A DNA stretch of 64,000 nucleotides from the NCBI GenBank assembly GCA_964635975.1, contig CAZWPO010000017.1, positions 970-64,969 on the forward strand. Direction: 5' to 3'. Positions 8,725 through 18,108 of the stretch are shown piece after piece (within the stretch, counting starts at the first letter, position 1; each line of letters opens with the position of its first letter). The notes below the pieces were generated by a model, which saw only the letters and a list, made by a program, of their open reading frames with translations, was not told where the DNA came from and made no database searches. A program made the position numbers and the translations under genes. This DNA is from an uncultured Syntrophomonas sp. Lineage in GTDB: Bacteria; Bacillota; Syntrophomonadia; Syntrophomonadales; Syntrophomonadaceae.

Positions 8725-9594
8725 ATGAATAAAATATCGGGACCGGGCTGTGAAACGGATTCTTATTCGCAAGGCGCTGCCCAGGCACTTCCTGAAATTG
8801 AACGAAGCCTTATTACCAGGTTTCGAAAACCTGTCTGGGTCAAATTTATTAAGGCCATCAAAGATTTTAATCTGATTGAAAATGGCGATAAAATAGCCGT
8901 GGCTGTTTCCGGCGGCAAAGACAGCACCATAATGGCCAAACTGTTCCAGGAATTGCATCGCCATGGTTTAAGGAATTTTGAGCTGGAGTTCATAGCTATG
9001 GATCCCGGCTATCACGAAAATGTCAGACAGCTGCTCGTGAATAATTGCCAGCACTTAAATATTCCCATTCATCTTTTTGATTCAGATATATTCAGAGTGG
9101 TGGATAAGATAGCGCAGGATTATCCCTGCTACATGTGTGCAAAGATGCGGCGCGGTGTATTGTACAGCAAGGCTCAAGAACTGGGGTGCAATAAACTGGC
9201 CCTTGGCCACCACTTCAATGATGCAGTCGAAACTACTCTTTTAAACCTTTTCTACGCAGGGAGCTTTAAAACCATGCTCCCCAAGCTAAAAGCCAAAAAT
9301 TTCGCAGGCCTGGAAACGATCCGACCCCTTTACTACATCGAAGAGAGATATATTGAAAAATTTAGCGAACAAAATGGCCTGTTGCCGTTAAACTGCTCCT
9401 GCATGGTAGCCGCAGAAAAAACCGCTAACAAGCGTTATGAGATCAAGGCGCTCATCCAAGATCTGAAAAAGACCTACAAGAATATTGATAAACTTATAAT
9501 GCGAGCTACCCAAAATGTCCAGATGGACTGCATCCTGGGATGGAAAAAGGACGGCAGGGAATATTCTTACCTGGATGATTACCACCGGCAATAG
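8725..9594 (+). CDS. PP-loop ATPase of the TtcA/tRNA-thiolation family
   Basis: SGGKDS PP-loop in AVAVSGGKDSTIMAKL, and a GHHFNDAVETTLLNLFYAG block. ATG at 8725 follows GGGGAAG. The track ORF starts at TTG 8689. Confidence 0.75.
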   Translation: MNKISGPGCETDSYSQGAAQALPEIERSLITRFRKPVWVKFIKAIKDFNLIENGDKIAVAVSGGKDSTIMAKLFQELHRHGLRNFELEFIAMDPGYHENVRQLLVNNCQHLNIPIHLFDSDIFRVVDKIAQDYPCYMCAKMRRGVLYSKAQELGCNKLALGHHFNDAVETTLLNLFYAGSFKTMLPKLKAKNFAGLETIRPLYYIEERYIEKFSEQNGLLPLNCSCMVAAEKTANKRYEIKALIQDLKKTYKNIDKLIMRATQNVQMDCILGWKKDGREYSYLDDYHRQ

Positions 9595-9772
9595 CTTGTG
9601 AGGCCCTGCTCTTTCCTTTGTAAACATTTCCACAGTCACTCATGTGGGCCTCACTCAGGGGTGTCCATTTTACTAAACTGTTGATATAGAACAGGACTCC
9701 CGTAAGCGGGTGTTAGAGCGGATTTTAACCTGTTAAAAGGTCCCTTTGGATCCCTGATGATGCATCAATCTT

Positions 9773-9781
9773 TGGTATAAT
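9773..9781 (+). promoter_or_regulatory. Candidate extended -10 promoter (TGgTATAAT) for the 9890 gene
   Basis: TGGTATAAT read directly about 110 nt upstream of the ATG. I see no convincing -35 element. Confidence 0.3.
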
Positions 9782-9889
9782 ATATTTATCCATAATCTTC
9801 TTGAGTCCCAGAGCCTTCTAGTTAGATCCGAAAGGTTATTCAAAATATCATTGGTTTGCTATTTTTTTTAAAAAAAGGGGGATTTGATA

Positions 9890-11437
9890 ATGGTAAGTCA
9901 TAGGATACGATATTTTGCCTGCTGCTCTTTCTTTTTACTATTTTCGTTTTTCTGTTTTAATCCTGTTCTGGCAGCTGAGGGACACATCGACCTTATTGCG
10001 CCAGGCTCTGACGCAGAATGGGAGCCGGGATCCACCCAAACCATATCCTGGAGCCTTTCTGATGCTGATGAACTTGGCCTTAAGGTAAATATCTCTCTTT
10101 ACAAGGACGGTGCCTTGAGAAGTGTTATTAAATCCGGAGTAAGTACTGGCGAGAACGGCAGCGGCTCTTTTAGCTGGACTCTGCCGACTGGTCTGCCGTC
10201 AGGTTCCAAATATCAAGTAAAGGTCTTGTCCGCTGCCCATCCTGACATTTTTGATATGAGCAGCAATTTTACGATCGCACCGGAAGAATCTTCTCAGCAG
10301 ACTGACCAGACCGTATCTTACAGCATTCTTTCGCCTGCAGCTGGTGATGTGTGGGAAAAAGGCACTGAACAATCGATCCAGTGGAACTATTCCGGAAATC
10401 CTGGTTCTCAAACCACTATCACCCTCTTTAAGGGCGGCAAAAGCAAACTTCACATTGCCAGCAAAACACCTACCGGGCAAAATGGCAGCGGGAGTTATTC
10501 GTGGACACTTCCTGCCACCCTGGCTGAAGGCAGCGATTATCAAATAAAGGTGCTGAGTCCGACCTGTCCGGATGGTGCATTCAGCGGTAATTTTACGATT
10601 AATAGCGCTACGAGTACAGCAGATGATAATGAAGCAGACAATACTGATACAGATCAAAACCAGCAGACACAGGAGAACCAGGATTCTTCTGCACAAAACG
10701 GCACCATTAGAGTGATACTAAACGGCCAGCTGATGTCTTTTGATCAGCCTCCGGTCATTATCGGTGGGAGTACCATGGTCCCGATGAGAGCTATTTTTGA
10801 AGCCCTGGGGGCATCCATAACCTGGGACGCGTCAACCCAGACGGTCAAGGCTGCCAAAGGAAACATAACCATCTCGCTCCTCATTGGAGCGCAGACCGCC
10901 ATGGTGAATGGAATTGAAACGCCTCTCAGCCAGGCCGCACAGATCCTTAACGGACGCACTCTGGTTCCTTTGCGCTTTGTGGCAGAGTCTTTACAGGCTG
11001 AAGTCCTTTGGGATGGAAATGCAAGAACCATCACGATTACTCAGGATGATACTGCTCATCCCAACGATCAGGATACATCTGACCCCTCAGCTCTATCAGG
11101 CGGGATGGAGCTTATCCATCAGTTTTTCAACCTGGTAGACAGCGGTGATATCAGTAAGGCTTTACGCCTCCTGGATGTGGAGGCTCTGGGAGATGACAGC
11201 AGTCAGGCTATGTGGAACGACAGTCTAAGTTCAATATCCTCAGCCAGCGTTAGCAGTATTGAGGAGAGCAACAAAGCCGAATGGCCGGGAGACTTTGAGC
11301 AATATAAGGTGCTGGTATCTTTGCAGGTCAGTCCCGGCGGAAAGACCCTGTGGACTGATGGCAATAACACATTCTGGATCTCTCTAAACAGGAGCAACGG
11401 CCAGTGGAGGATATTAGAGATCGCTACCGGGGGCTAA
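9890..11437 (+). CDS. Secreted protein: signal peptide, two internal ~110-aa repeats, Asp/Gln-rich linker, copper-amine-oxidase-N-type domain, C-terminal domain of unknown function
   Basis: The signal peptide ends NPVLAAEG. Duplicated blocks are (W..G..Q.I.W...G...ITL.K.G......S....GQNGSGSYSWTLP..L..GS.YQ.KVLS). The stalk domain reads GSTMVPMRAIFEALGASITWDASTQTV. Confidence 0.7.
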   Translation: MVSHRIRYFACCSFFLLFSFFCFNPVLAAEGHIDLIAPGSDAEWEPGSTQTISWSLSDADELGLKVNISLYKDGALRSVIKSGVSTGENGSGSFSWTLPTGLPSGSKYQVKVLSAAHPDIFDMSSNFTIAPEESSQQTDQTVSYSILSPAAGDVWEKGTEQSIQWNYSGNPGSQTTITLFKGGKSKLHIASKTPTGQNGSGSYSWTLPATLAEGSDYQIKVLSPTCPDGAFSGNFTINSATSTADDNEADNTDTDQNQQTQENQDSSAQNGTIRVILNGQLMSFDQPPVIIGGSTMVPMRAIFEALGASITWDASTQTVKAAKGNITISLLIGAQTAMVNGIETPLSQAAQILNGRTLVPLRFVAESLQAEVLWDGNARTITITQDDTAHPNDQDTSDPSALSGGMELIHQFFNLVDSGDISKALRLLDVEALGDDSSQAMWNDSLSSISSASVSSIEESNKAEWPGDFEQYKVLVSLQVSPGGKTLWTDGNNTFWISLNRSNGQWRILEIATGG

Positions 11438-11468
11438 AATGAACCCATAATAAGCGATTGAGCAAAAT

Positions 11469-11499
11469 CAAGCCGCGGTGTAAGATCGTCCGCGGCTTG
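11469..11499 (+). terminator. Stem-loop after the 9890-11437 gene
   Basis: CAAGCCGCGG-11 nt-CCGCGGCTTG, a perfect 10-bp stem. The T-tract is poor. Confidence 0.45.
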
Positions 11500-11544
11500 A
11501 AATGTTTCTGGCGCAATACAGTACGCAATCCACATCAAAATTAT

Positions 11545-11566
11545 AGGGCAGGTTTCCACCTGCCCT
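11545..11566 (-). terminator. Stem-loop after the distal CoA-transferase gene
   Basis: AGGGCAGGT-ttcc-ACCTGCCCT, a perfect 9-bp stem. The reverse strand continues ATAATTTTGA. Confidence 0.5.
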
Positions 11567-11619
11567 CAGGTTGTCGAAGAAGCGAGCAGACCAGCAGCCC
11601 TGCTCACCCCCGTGTATTC

Positions 11620-12972
11620 CTATACTGCAACTGCTTTATTTGCCCTGCGCCAGATCCCCTGGCGTTCGGCTTCCCGGACCAGGTCGTCACGGAACTCCGG
11701 GTGGGCGAGATTGATTAATCCCTCCGCCCTCTGCCATACTGATTTGCCTTTCATCTCGAAGATACCGTACTCGCTTACGACAAATTGAGCCACGGAACGG
11801 GGATCGGTCACAATCGCCCCGTTCTTCAGCCTGGGAACGATTCTTGACCTCCTCTCACCATCCTGACATTCATGGCAGGATGGCAGGCAGATGATCGATT
11901 TTCCACATTTCGATTCATATCCGGCGATTACGAAGTCCAACTGGCCGCCGGTCCCGCTGATGAGCCGGGTCCCGCTGGACTCGGAACAGACCTGGCCGTA
12001 CAGGTCGACTTCAATAGCATTGTTGATGGTAACGAGCTTTTCGTTCAGCGCTGCAGTAGACGGTCGGTTGGTGTAATTGACCGGGTATATGGCACACTGA
12101 GGATTGTCATTTATGAAATCGTAAATCCTCTGGCTTCCCAGGGCAAAAGCATAGACCATCTTACCCGGATCGATGCTCTTTTTGGAATTGGTAAGCTGAC
12201 CGGCCTCAAACATGTCGATGTAGGCATCGACCAGCATCTCGGTGTGGCAGCCCAGGTTTTTCAGGTCAGACCCAGCAATCATCTTCCCGACTGCGTTGGG
12301 CATTCCGCCTATCCCCAGCTGAATGCAGCAGTCATCGCTCATCTGCTCGATGATATACCCGGCCGCTTTTTTATCCGCCTCTGACGATTCTGTTTCCGGC
12401 AGGCAAACCAGCGGCGGGCTTTCACCTTCCACGATATAATCCACCTGTGATATATGGACCGCTTCTTCAAACCCGCCCAGACAGCGCGGCATATTCTGGT
12501 TGACCTCTACGATTACTATTCTCGCCCGGTCGCATATGGCTTTGGAGTGGGAATTCTGCGGGCCAAAATTGAAGCACCCGTGTGCGTCCATAGGCCCGAC
12601 CTGCATCATGGCTACATCAATGGGTTCTATATGCTCCCTGACATAACGCGGGAGTTCCGAGTAGCGGATGGATGAATAAAACACATTCCTTCCCGTTCCT
12701 GCGATCTTGCGGTCCAGTCCCGATAAGTGCCAGCTATGCCATATAAACGACTCCTCATCCGGATCAACTTCTACAATTTTGGGCGGCCTGAGCGTAAGCA
12801 GGCTCCACACTTTGACATCCTCAAGCTCAGCCTTGCGCCTGGCCAATGCCTGATCAAGAGCTATAACCTGAGCATTTATCGGTCCATAATCTATCCAATC
12901 CCCGGATTTCACTACTTTAACCGCTTGTTCAGCAGATCTCAGTTTGCTTCGGTATTGGTCTATATAGTTCAT
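11620..12972 (-). CDS. Acetyl-CoA hydrolase/transferase family protein (4-hydroxybutyrate/butyryl-CoA:acetate CoA-transferase type)
   Basis: 450 aa: KSGDWIDYG...LQLGIGGMPNAVG...GCHTEMLVD...SGTGGQLDF. Confidence 0.8.
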   Translation of the reverse strand: MNYIDQYRSKLRSAEQAVKVVKSGDWIDYGPINAQVIALDQALARRKAELEDVKVWSLLTLRPPKIVEVDPDEESFIWHSWHLSGLDRKIAGTGRNVFYSSIRYSELPRYVREHIEPIDVAMMQVGPMDAHGCFNFGPQNSHSKAICDRARIVIVEVNQNMPRCLGGFEEAVHISQVDYIVEGESPPLVCLPETESSEADKKAAGYIIEQMSDDCCIQLGIGGMPNAVGKMIAGSDLKNLGCHTEMLVDAYIDMFEAGQLTNSKKSIDPGKMVYAFALGSQRIYDFINDNPQCAIYPVNYTNRPSTAALNEKLVTINNAIEVDLYGQVCSESSGTRLISGTGGQLDFVIAGYESKCGKSIICLPSCHECQDGERRSRIVPRLKNGAIVTDPRSVAQFVVSEYGIFEMKGKSVWQRAEGLINLAHPEFRDDLVREAERQGIWRRANKAVAV

Positions 12973-13044
12973 CTCTAAAACTTCACCCCCTTGACATGGC
13001 CCCCCTTATCCCCGGCCTTTATTTCAGGTATGTTTTTACCTTCC

Positions 13045-14391
13045 CTAGGACTCTATCTTGTTGCTTCTTTTCCAGAACCCTAATTTTTCCGCATCCCGGA
13101 TCAACTCATCTCGGAAACTGGGATGCGCTATTTCGATCAGGTTTTCCGTCCGCTTCCAAACCGACTGGCACTTCATGAGCGCTTTTCCGTATTCAGTGAC
13201 AATATATTGGCTCAGCTGTCGTGATACGGTGCAGGCTGCGCCGGGGGTAAGGAACGGTTTGATCTTGGACTGTAGATTGCCATCTTTGCCTTTGAACGTG
13301 GATGGCATGCACAGATAACTCTTCCCACCTGGCGAATGGTATGATCCGTACACAAAATCCCACTGCCCGCCAGTGCCGGTTATCTGCCGGGCGCCCTGCA
13401 TTTCTGAAGCAACCTGGCCGTAAAAATCAGCTTCCAAACATGCATTTATTGATACCATGTTGGAGATGCGGGATATTACGCTGGGATGATTGGTATACTC
13501 GACTGTATAAGTTGCTATCTGGGGATTTTGATGCATAAAATCATACAAGTCCTGCGTGCCCAGAGCAAAAGCGCAAACCATTTTCCCCCGGTCAAGCTCC
13601 TTTTTCTTTCCAGAGAGGCATCCCGCCTTCCACATATCATAATAAGCATCAGCCAGCATTTCCGTATGGGCTCCCAGATCGCGGAGTCCTGCCGCAGCGA
13701 TCTGTTTGCCGAGGTAGTTGGGCAAGCCTCCAATGCCCAGCTGCAGGCAGCAGCCATCGTGGAGATCCTCCAGGATATACTCCCCGATTTTCCGTTCAGC
13801 TTCTGTCGCTTCCAGCAGCGCCGGTCCTGCCATGGGTTCGTTTTCTCCTCTGACCACAAAATCCACCTCGGATATGTGAATCTGGTTCCCGTGGCCTCCG
13901 AAGACATACGGCATCTTTTCGTTTTCCTCCACGATCACTATTTTTGCATTCTCGCATACCGCTTCATTGTGGGAGGTGTTAATACTAAAATTGAAGTATC
14001 CAAAACGGTCCATGGGAGTTACCCTCACCATGGCAACATCGATCTCCACGTTCCGGTTGCGGTAATAAGAAGGTACCTCATGATAAAGGAGCGGTGAATA
14101 ACTGCATATTCCCTGATCGCCCAGTCTGGCGTCCCAGGCGCTGAAATGCCAGCTATCCCACTGGAAGTGTTCCATCGAAGGATCGCTAATAGGCACTTCA
14201 GGGAAAGGGGGAAGAGATATCGCACTTCTGACATGAACCCCGAACAGTTCATCTTTTCTTTTGGCCAGGGCCTTATCCAGGGCTTTGGGCTGGGCATTAA
14301 AAAACATATAGTCCACCCAGTCTCCTGATTTGACAACCTTTACGGCCTCTTCAGGAGTCCTCAGCTTTTCTTTATACTCGCTCTCGAACAT
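13045..14391 (-). CDS. Acetyl-CoA hydrolase/transferase family protein, tandem paralogue
   Basis: 448 aa, collinear with its neighbour (KSGDWVDYM...LQLGIGGLPNYLG...GAHTEMLAD...TGTGGQWDF). Confidence 0.8.
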   Translation of the reverse strand: MFESEYKEKLRTPEEAVKVVKSGDWVDYMFFNAQPKALDKALAKRKDELFGVHVRSAISLPPFPEVPISDPSMEHFQWDSWHFSAWDARLGDQGICSYSPLLYHEVPSYYRNRNVEIDVAMVRVTPMDRFGYFNFSINTSHNEAVCENAKIVIVEENEKMPYVFGGHGNQIHISEVDFVVRGENEPMAGPALLEATEAERKIGEYILEDLHDGCCLQLGIGGLPNYLGKQIAAAGLRDLGAHTEMLADAYYDMWKAGCLSGKKKELDRGKMVCAFALGTQDLYDFMHQNPQIATYTVEYTNHPSVISRISNMVSINACLEADFYGQVASEMQGARQITGTGGQWDFVYGSYHSPGGKSYLCMPSTFKGKDGNLQSKIKPFLTPGAACTVSRQLSQYIVTEYGKALMKCQSVWKRTENLIEIAHPSFRDELIRDAEKLGFWKRSNKIES

Positions 14392-14515
14392 AATAACCCT
14401 CCTATCATATTATTATCTCTATAGGAGCCGCGGGCGGGCAGCGCTCTCGCACTTCTCCTGAAACGATGCCGGGAGCCTGGAGATGCTGCCTTAACCCGGA
14501 CTGATTATTGCTCCA

Positions 14516-15655
14516 TTAATCTCTAAGGATATCGCCGGCTATGACCAGCTTCTGTACCTGGGCCGTGCCTTCAAAAATCTGGAATATCTTGGCGTCCCGG
14601 AAATATTTCTCCACCAGATAATCTTTAGTATAGCCGTAGCCTCCATAGACCTGGACAGCATCCAGAGCCACTTTCATGGCCGCTTCACCGCCCCAGTATT
14701 TGGCCAGGGAAGCTTCCTTGGTATAGGGCAGCCCCATATCTTGATTGGTGCAGGCTTTCTGATAGAGCAGCCGGGCTGTCTCACACATCAGCGCCATGTC
14801 TGCCAGCATGAACTGTATAGCCTGGAAGGTGGCGATGGGTTTGCCGAACTGCTGGCGTTCCTTGGCATATTGGACGGCGCACTCAAACGCCCCCTGCGCC
14901 ACTCCGACTCCCATAGCCCCTACCACTGCCCGGGAGATGTCCAGGGTCTTCATGGCGATCTTAAACCCGTCTCCTTCCTTCCCCAGCAGGTTTTTGGCAG
15001 GAACTCTGACATCCTCGAATATTACCTGGGTGGTATTTGAGGTCCTGATGCCCAGCTTGTTCTCCGGAGCCCCGGTAGAGATACCCGGAGTGTCCCGGTC
15101 AACCATAAAAGCGCACATGCCTTTGTAGCCCAGCTTTTTATCCAGGGTGGCAAAAACCGTATACTGCTTGGCTACTCCGCCGTTGCTGATGAATTGTTTG
15201 GTGCCGTTCAAAACATAGTCGTCGCCGTCCCTGACACAGCGGGTGGATAGTCCGGCCGCGTCAGAACCAGCGCCGGGTTCAGTCAGGCAAAAAGCGGTTA
15301 TGGCGCCCTCCATCATCCTGCCGTACCACCATTTCTTCTGCTCGTCTGTAGCGGCTATATAGACCGGATCGGGTCCTAAAAGGGTGCTGGCCGCCAGAGT
15401 GGTGCCCAGTCCGGCGTCGCCCCGACAGATTTCCTCGGCGATTATCGCCTGTCCGAGATGGTCTATTCCGGGACCGCCGTATTCAGACGGCACCCCGCAT
15501 GTCATCAAACCGACTTCCTGGAGCTTGTTAACCGCATCCCATGGGAAAATATGGTCTTCATCCCACTTCTGGCAATATGGAAGAATCTCATTATTGGCAA
15601 AGTCCCGGGCCATTTTCCTGATCATCTCATTCTCTTCAGAAATCATAAAATCCAT
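14516..15655 (-). CDS. Acyl-CoA dehydrogenase (short-chain/butyryl-CoA type)
   Basis: 379 aa: FCLTEPGAGSDAAG, QFGKPIATFQAIQFMLADM, IFEGTAQVQ. Confidence 0.85.
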   Translation of the reverse strand: MDFMISEENEMIRKMARDFANNEILPYCQKWDEDHIFPWDAVNKLQEVGLMTCGVPSEYGGPGIDHLGQAIIAEEICRGDAGLGTTLAASTLLGPDPVYIAATDEQKKWWYGRMMEGAITAFCLTEPGAGSDAAGLSTRCVRDGDDYVLNGTKQFISNGGVAKQYTVFATLDKKLGYKGMCAFMVDRDTPGISTGAPENKLGIRTSNTTQVIFEDVRVPAKNLLGKEGDGFKIAMKTLDISRAVVGAMGVGVAQGAFECAVQYAKERQQFGKPIATFQAIQFMLADMALMCETARLLYQKACTNQDMGLPYTKEASLAKYWGGEAAMKVALDAVQVYGGYGYTKDYLVEKYFRDAKIFQIFEGTAQVQKLVIAGDILRD

Positions 15656-15681
15656 TATCTATTCCCCCCATATTTTTGTAT

Positions 15682-16887
15682 TTATATATCCCTCGTCCAC
15701 AGTGAAGCCATCGCAGCACCGCCGCCTACGCAAAGCGATGCTCCGCCTTTCGTCAATCCCAGCCGTTCCATTTCATAGTACAGGCTGACCACGATTCTCA
15801 AACCAGTGCAGCCCACCGGATGACCCAGGGCTATTCCCGAACCGTTATGGTTTACTTTATCGAGAGTCAGATCCATTCCGTAGTCCTTTTTGAGCTGTCT
15901 TCCCACACCCAGCCACTGGGCGGCAAAAGCCTCGTTTATCTCCCAGTACTCAACATCCTTGAAATCCCAACCGGCCTGTTTCAGGCACTTGGGAATAACT
16001 ACCGCTGGTCCAAGACCCATGATTGGAGGAGCCACGCCCTCTGAACAGACATTGACCAGTTTCATCAAAGGCTTTATCCCCATCTCTTCAGCTTTCTTCT
16101 TGGACATCAGTATGGCCGCAGCTGCCCCGTCGTTGATTCCGGAGGCATTTCCCGCCGTCACCACCCCGCCCTTTTTGAAAGCCGACGGCAGTTTGGCAAG
16201 GGCTTCCATCGAAGCGTTGGCAATCATGTGCTCATCAGTTACATATTCGATCGGGCCCTTTTTGGTCTTAATCTCGACAGGTACTATTTCACGTAAAAAC
16301 GTGCCTTCCTGCACCGCCTTGCTGGCTCTCATATGGCTGATCAAGGCCAGCTCATCGCAGTCTTCTCTGGTTATACCGTACATATCGGCAACATTTTCTG
16401 CGGTGAGGCCCATGTGGCCGGGGACTTGCTCATCTACCAGACCATCGAATAGCATGGCGTCTTCCACTTTGCCCGGGCCAAGGCGGTATCCATCGCGTGC
16501 CCCCAGCAGTAAGTGCGGCACCCTGGTCATATTTTCTGTGCCTATTATCAGCCCGATTTCCGTTTTACCCAGCATTATGTTATGGGCAGCGATTTCTAAA
16601 GCCCGCATCCCGGAAGCACAGTTTTGGTGTACGTTGACTGAACTGCTTCGGGGATCCATTCCTAATCTCATGGCCACCTGCCGGGCTGGCAGTGATCCTT
16701 CCCCATGGGGGAATACTTCCGCCAGGCATATTTCATCGATTATATCTGCCTGGATTCCCGCCCGGGTAATTGCTCCCTTGCCTGCTGTCATAGCCAGCTG
16801 ACGGGCCGACACATCCTTCAGGCTTCCGAAAAATTTGCCGATGGCTGTCCGGCAAGCGCTGACCATTACGACTTCATTTAGCGACAT
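15682..16887 (-). CDS. Acetyl-CoA C-acetyltransferase (thiolase II)
   Basis: NQNCASGMRA active-site Cys, GHPVGCTGLR and CVGGGAAMA. ATG at 16887 follows GAGGGAGG. The track ORF starts 18 nt upstream. Confidence 0.85.
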   Translation of the reverse strand: MSLNEVVMVSACRTAIGKFFGSLKDVSARQLAMTAGKGAITRAGIQADIIDEICLAEVFPHGEGSLPARQVAMRLGMDPRSSSVNVHQNCASGMRALEIAAHNIMLGKTEIGLIIGTENMTRVPHLLLGARDGYRLGPGKVEDAMLFDGLVDEQVPGHMGLTAENVADMYGITREDCDELALISHMRASKAVQEGTFLREIVPVEIKTKKGPIEYVTDEHMIANASMEALAKLPSAFKKGGVVTAGNASGINDGAAAAILMSKKKAEEMGIKPLMKLVNVCSEGVAPPIMGLGPAVVIPKCLKQAGWDFKDVEYWEINEAFAAQWLGVGRQLKKDYGMDLTLDKVNHNGSGIALGHPVGCTGLRIVVSLYYEMERLGLTKGGASLCVGGGAAMASLWTRDI

Positions 16888-16929
16888 AAAGATAACCTCC
16901 CTCAAATAAATTATTTGTAATTACTATCT

Positions 16930-17784
16930 TTATTTACTGTAATCATAAAACCCGCGGCCGCTCTTCATTCCAAGGTGACCGGCGCGAACCTTCTGTTTCA
17001 ACGCCAGTGAAGGGCGATACTTCGAATCCCCGAATTCACGCCAGTAATACTCACAGACATTCAACAGCACATCAATGCCGACCATGTCGCAGAGCGCCAG
17101 CGGTCCGATGGGCATATTGGCTCCAAGCTTCATAGCTTTGTCGATCTCCTCCACTGTGGCCACCCCGTCTTGATAGGCAAATGCCGCCTCGTTCAAGTAG
17201 GGAACCAGAAGACGATTGACAATAAAGCCCGGGCATTCTTTGGCTCTCACGGGCTCCTTGCCAATCTTTACGCACAGTTCCATGATGGTATTCACGGATG
17301 CATCGGTGGCTTCCGCGCCAGGGATTACCTCTACTAATTTCATGACCGGTACGGGATTAAAGAAGTGCATTCCTACGACCTTGTCTGCTCTATTGGTGGC
17401 CGTGGCTATCTCGGTTATACTTAATGCGGATGTATTCGAAGACAAAATCGTTTCCGGCCTGCATATTTCATCGAGTTCGCGAAAAACCTTTTTCTTAATT
17501 TCCATATTTTCAACAATAGCTTCTATGATTACGTCACATTCTGAAAAATCAAAATTGCTCACCCCGGTTGAGATCAGTGCCAGGCGATCGGCCTTGCCTG
17601 CTTCGTCTAATTTCCCCTTTTCTACGGCCTTCTGCCAGGCTTTATCTATGCCCTTTACGGCTTTGCTTATCATAGCCTGGTCCACATCTACCAGTACGGC
17701 ATTCAATCCTGCCTCAACACAGACCTGGGCAATCCCAGCCCCCATGGTCCCTGCTCCTAAAACTCCGACCTTTTTGATTTCCAT
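16930..17784 (-). CDS. hbd: 3-hydroxybutyryl-CoA dehydrogenase
   Basis: 284 aa: VGVLGAGTMGAGIAQV Rossmann motif, HFFNPVPVMKLVEVI, GFIVNRLL. Confidence 0.85.
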   Translation of the reverse strand: MEIKKVGVLGAGTMGAGIAQVCVEAGLNAVLVDVDQAMISKAVKGIDKAWQKAVEKGKLDEAGKADRLALISTGVSNFDFSECDVIIEAIVENMEIKKKVFRELDEICRPETILSSNTSALSITEIATATNRADKVVGMHFFNPVPVMKLVEVIPGAEATDASVNTIMELCVKIGKEPVRAKECPGFIVNRLLVPYLNEAAFAYQDGVATVEEIDKAMKLGANMPIGPLALCDMVGIDVLLNVCEYYWREFGDSKYRPSLALKQKVRAGHLGMKSGRGFYDYSK

Positions 17785-17880
17785 TAAGTTACCTCCCCCT
17801 TTTTGTCTATCTGTTTTATCCTCTTTGTAGAGCCTTACAAAGTTGCTTTGGCAGACATCACCCCCTTTAGCTGATTACTG

Positions 17881-17896
17881 AGCAATAAACATACCA
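17881..17896 (-). promoter_or_regulatory. Sigma54 (-24/-12) promoter TGGTAT-GTTTA-TTGCT upstream of hbd
   Basis: The reverse strand reads TGGTATGTTTATTGCT, with GG and GC elements at the canonical spacing. It lies 97 nt upstream of the hbd ATG, just past the regulator's terminator, and a sigma54 activator gene is adjacent. Confidence 0.6.
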
Positions 17897-17908
17897 ATAT
17901 CTGCCCAT

Positions 17909-17938
17909 AAAAAAAAGCCCTGAATATAGGGCTTTTTC
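17909..17938. terminator. Bidirectional intrinsic terminator
   Basis: A-run, then AGCCCT-gaatat-AGGGCT, then T-run. It lies between the regulator stop (18109) and the sigma54 promoter. Confidence 0.6.
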
Positions 17939-18108
17939 TATCATTCACACTTGAGCCGGTTTTCGTTTCTGTCGCAGGACTGCTACGGTCGAAGAAAACT
18001 ATGGGCGCTAAAGCTGTGTGGCAGCAATGCAAATGTGGTGCAGAACTGACATCGATTTTGACGGGTTACCACGTAAATAATGCCTGCTTTAGAGGGTATG
18101 ACACAGAT

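Noticed and set aside
17960-18000. Sigma54-like TGGCA...TGCA string on the + strand (TGGCAGCAATGCAAA)
   Set aside because: The GG-to-GC spacing is two nt too short, and the orientation points into the 3' end of the regulator gene. The properly spaced element at 17881-17896 on the reverse strand is preferred.
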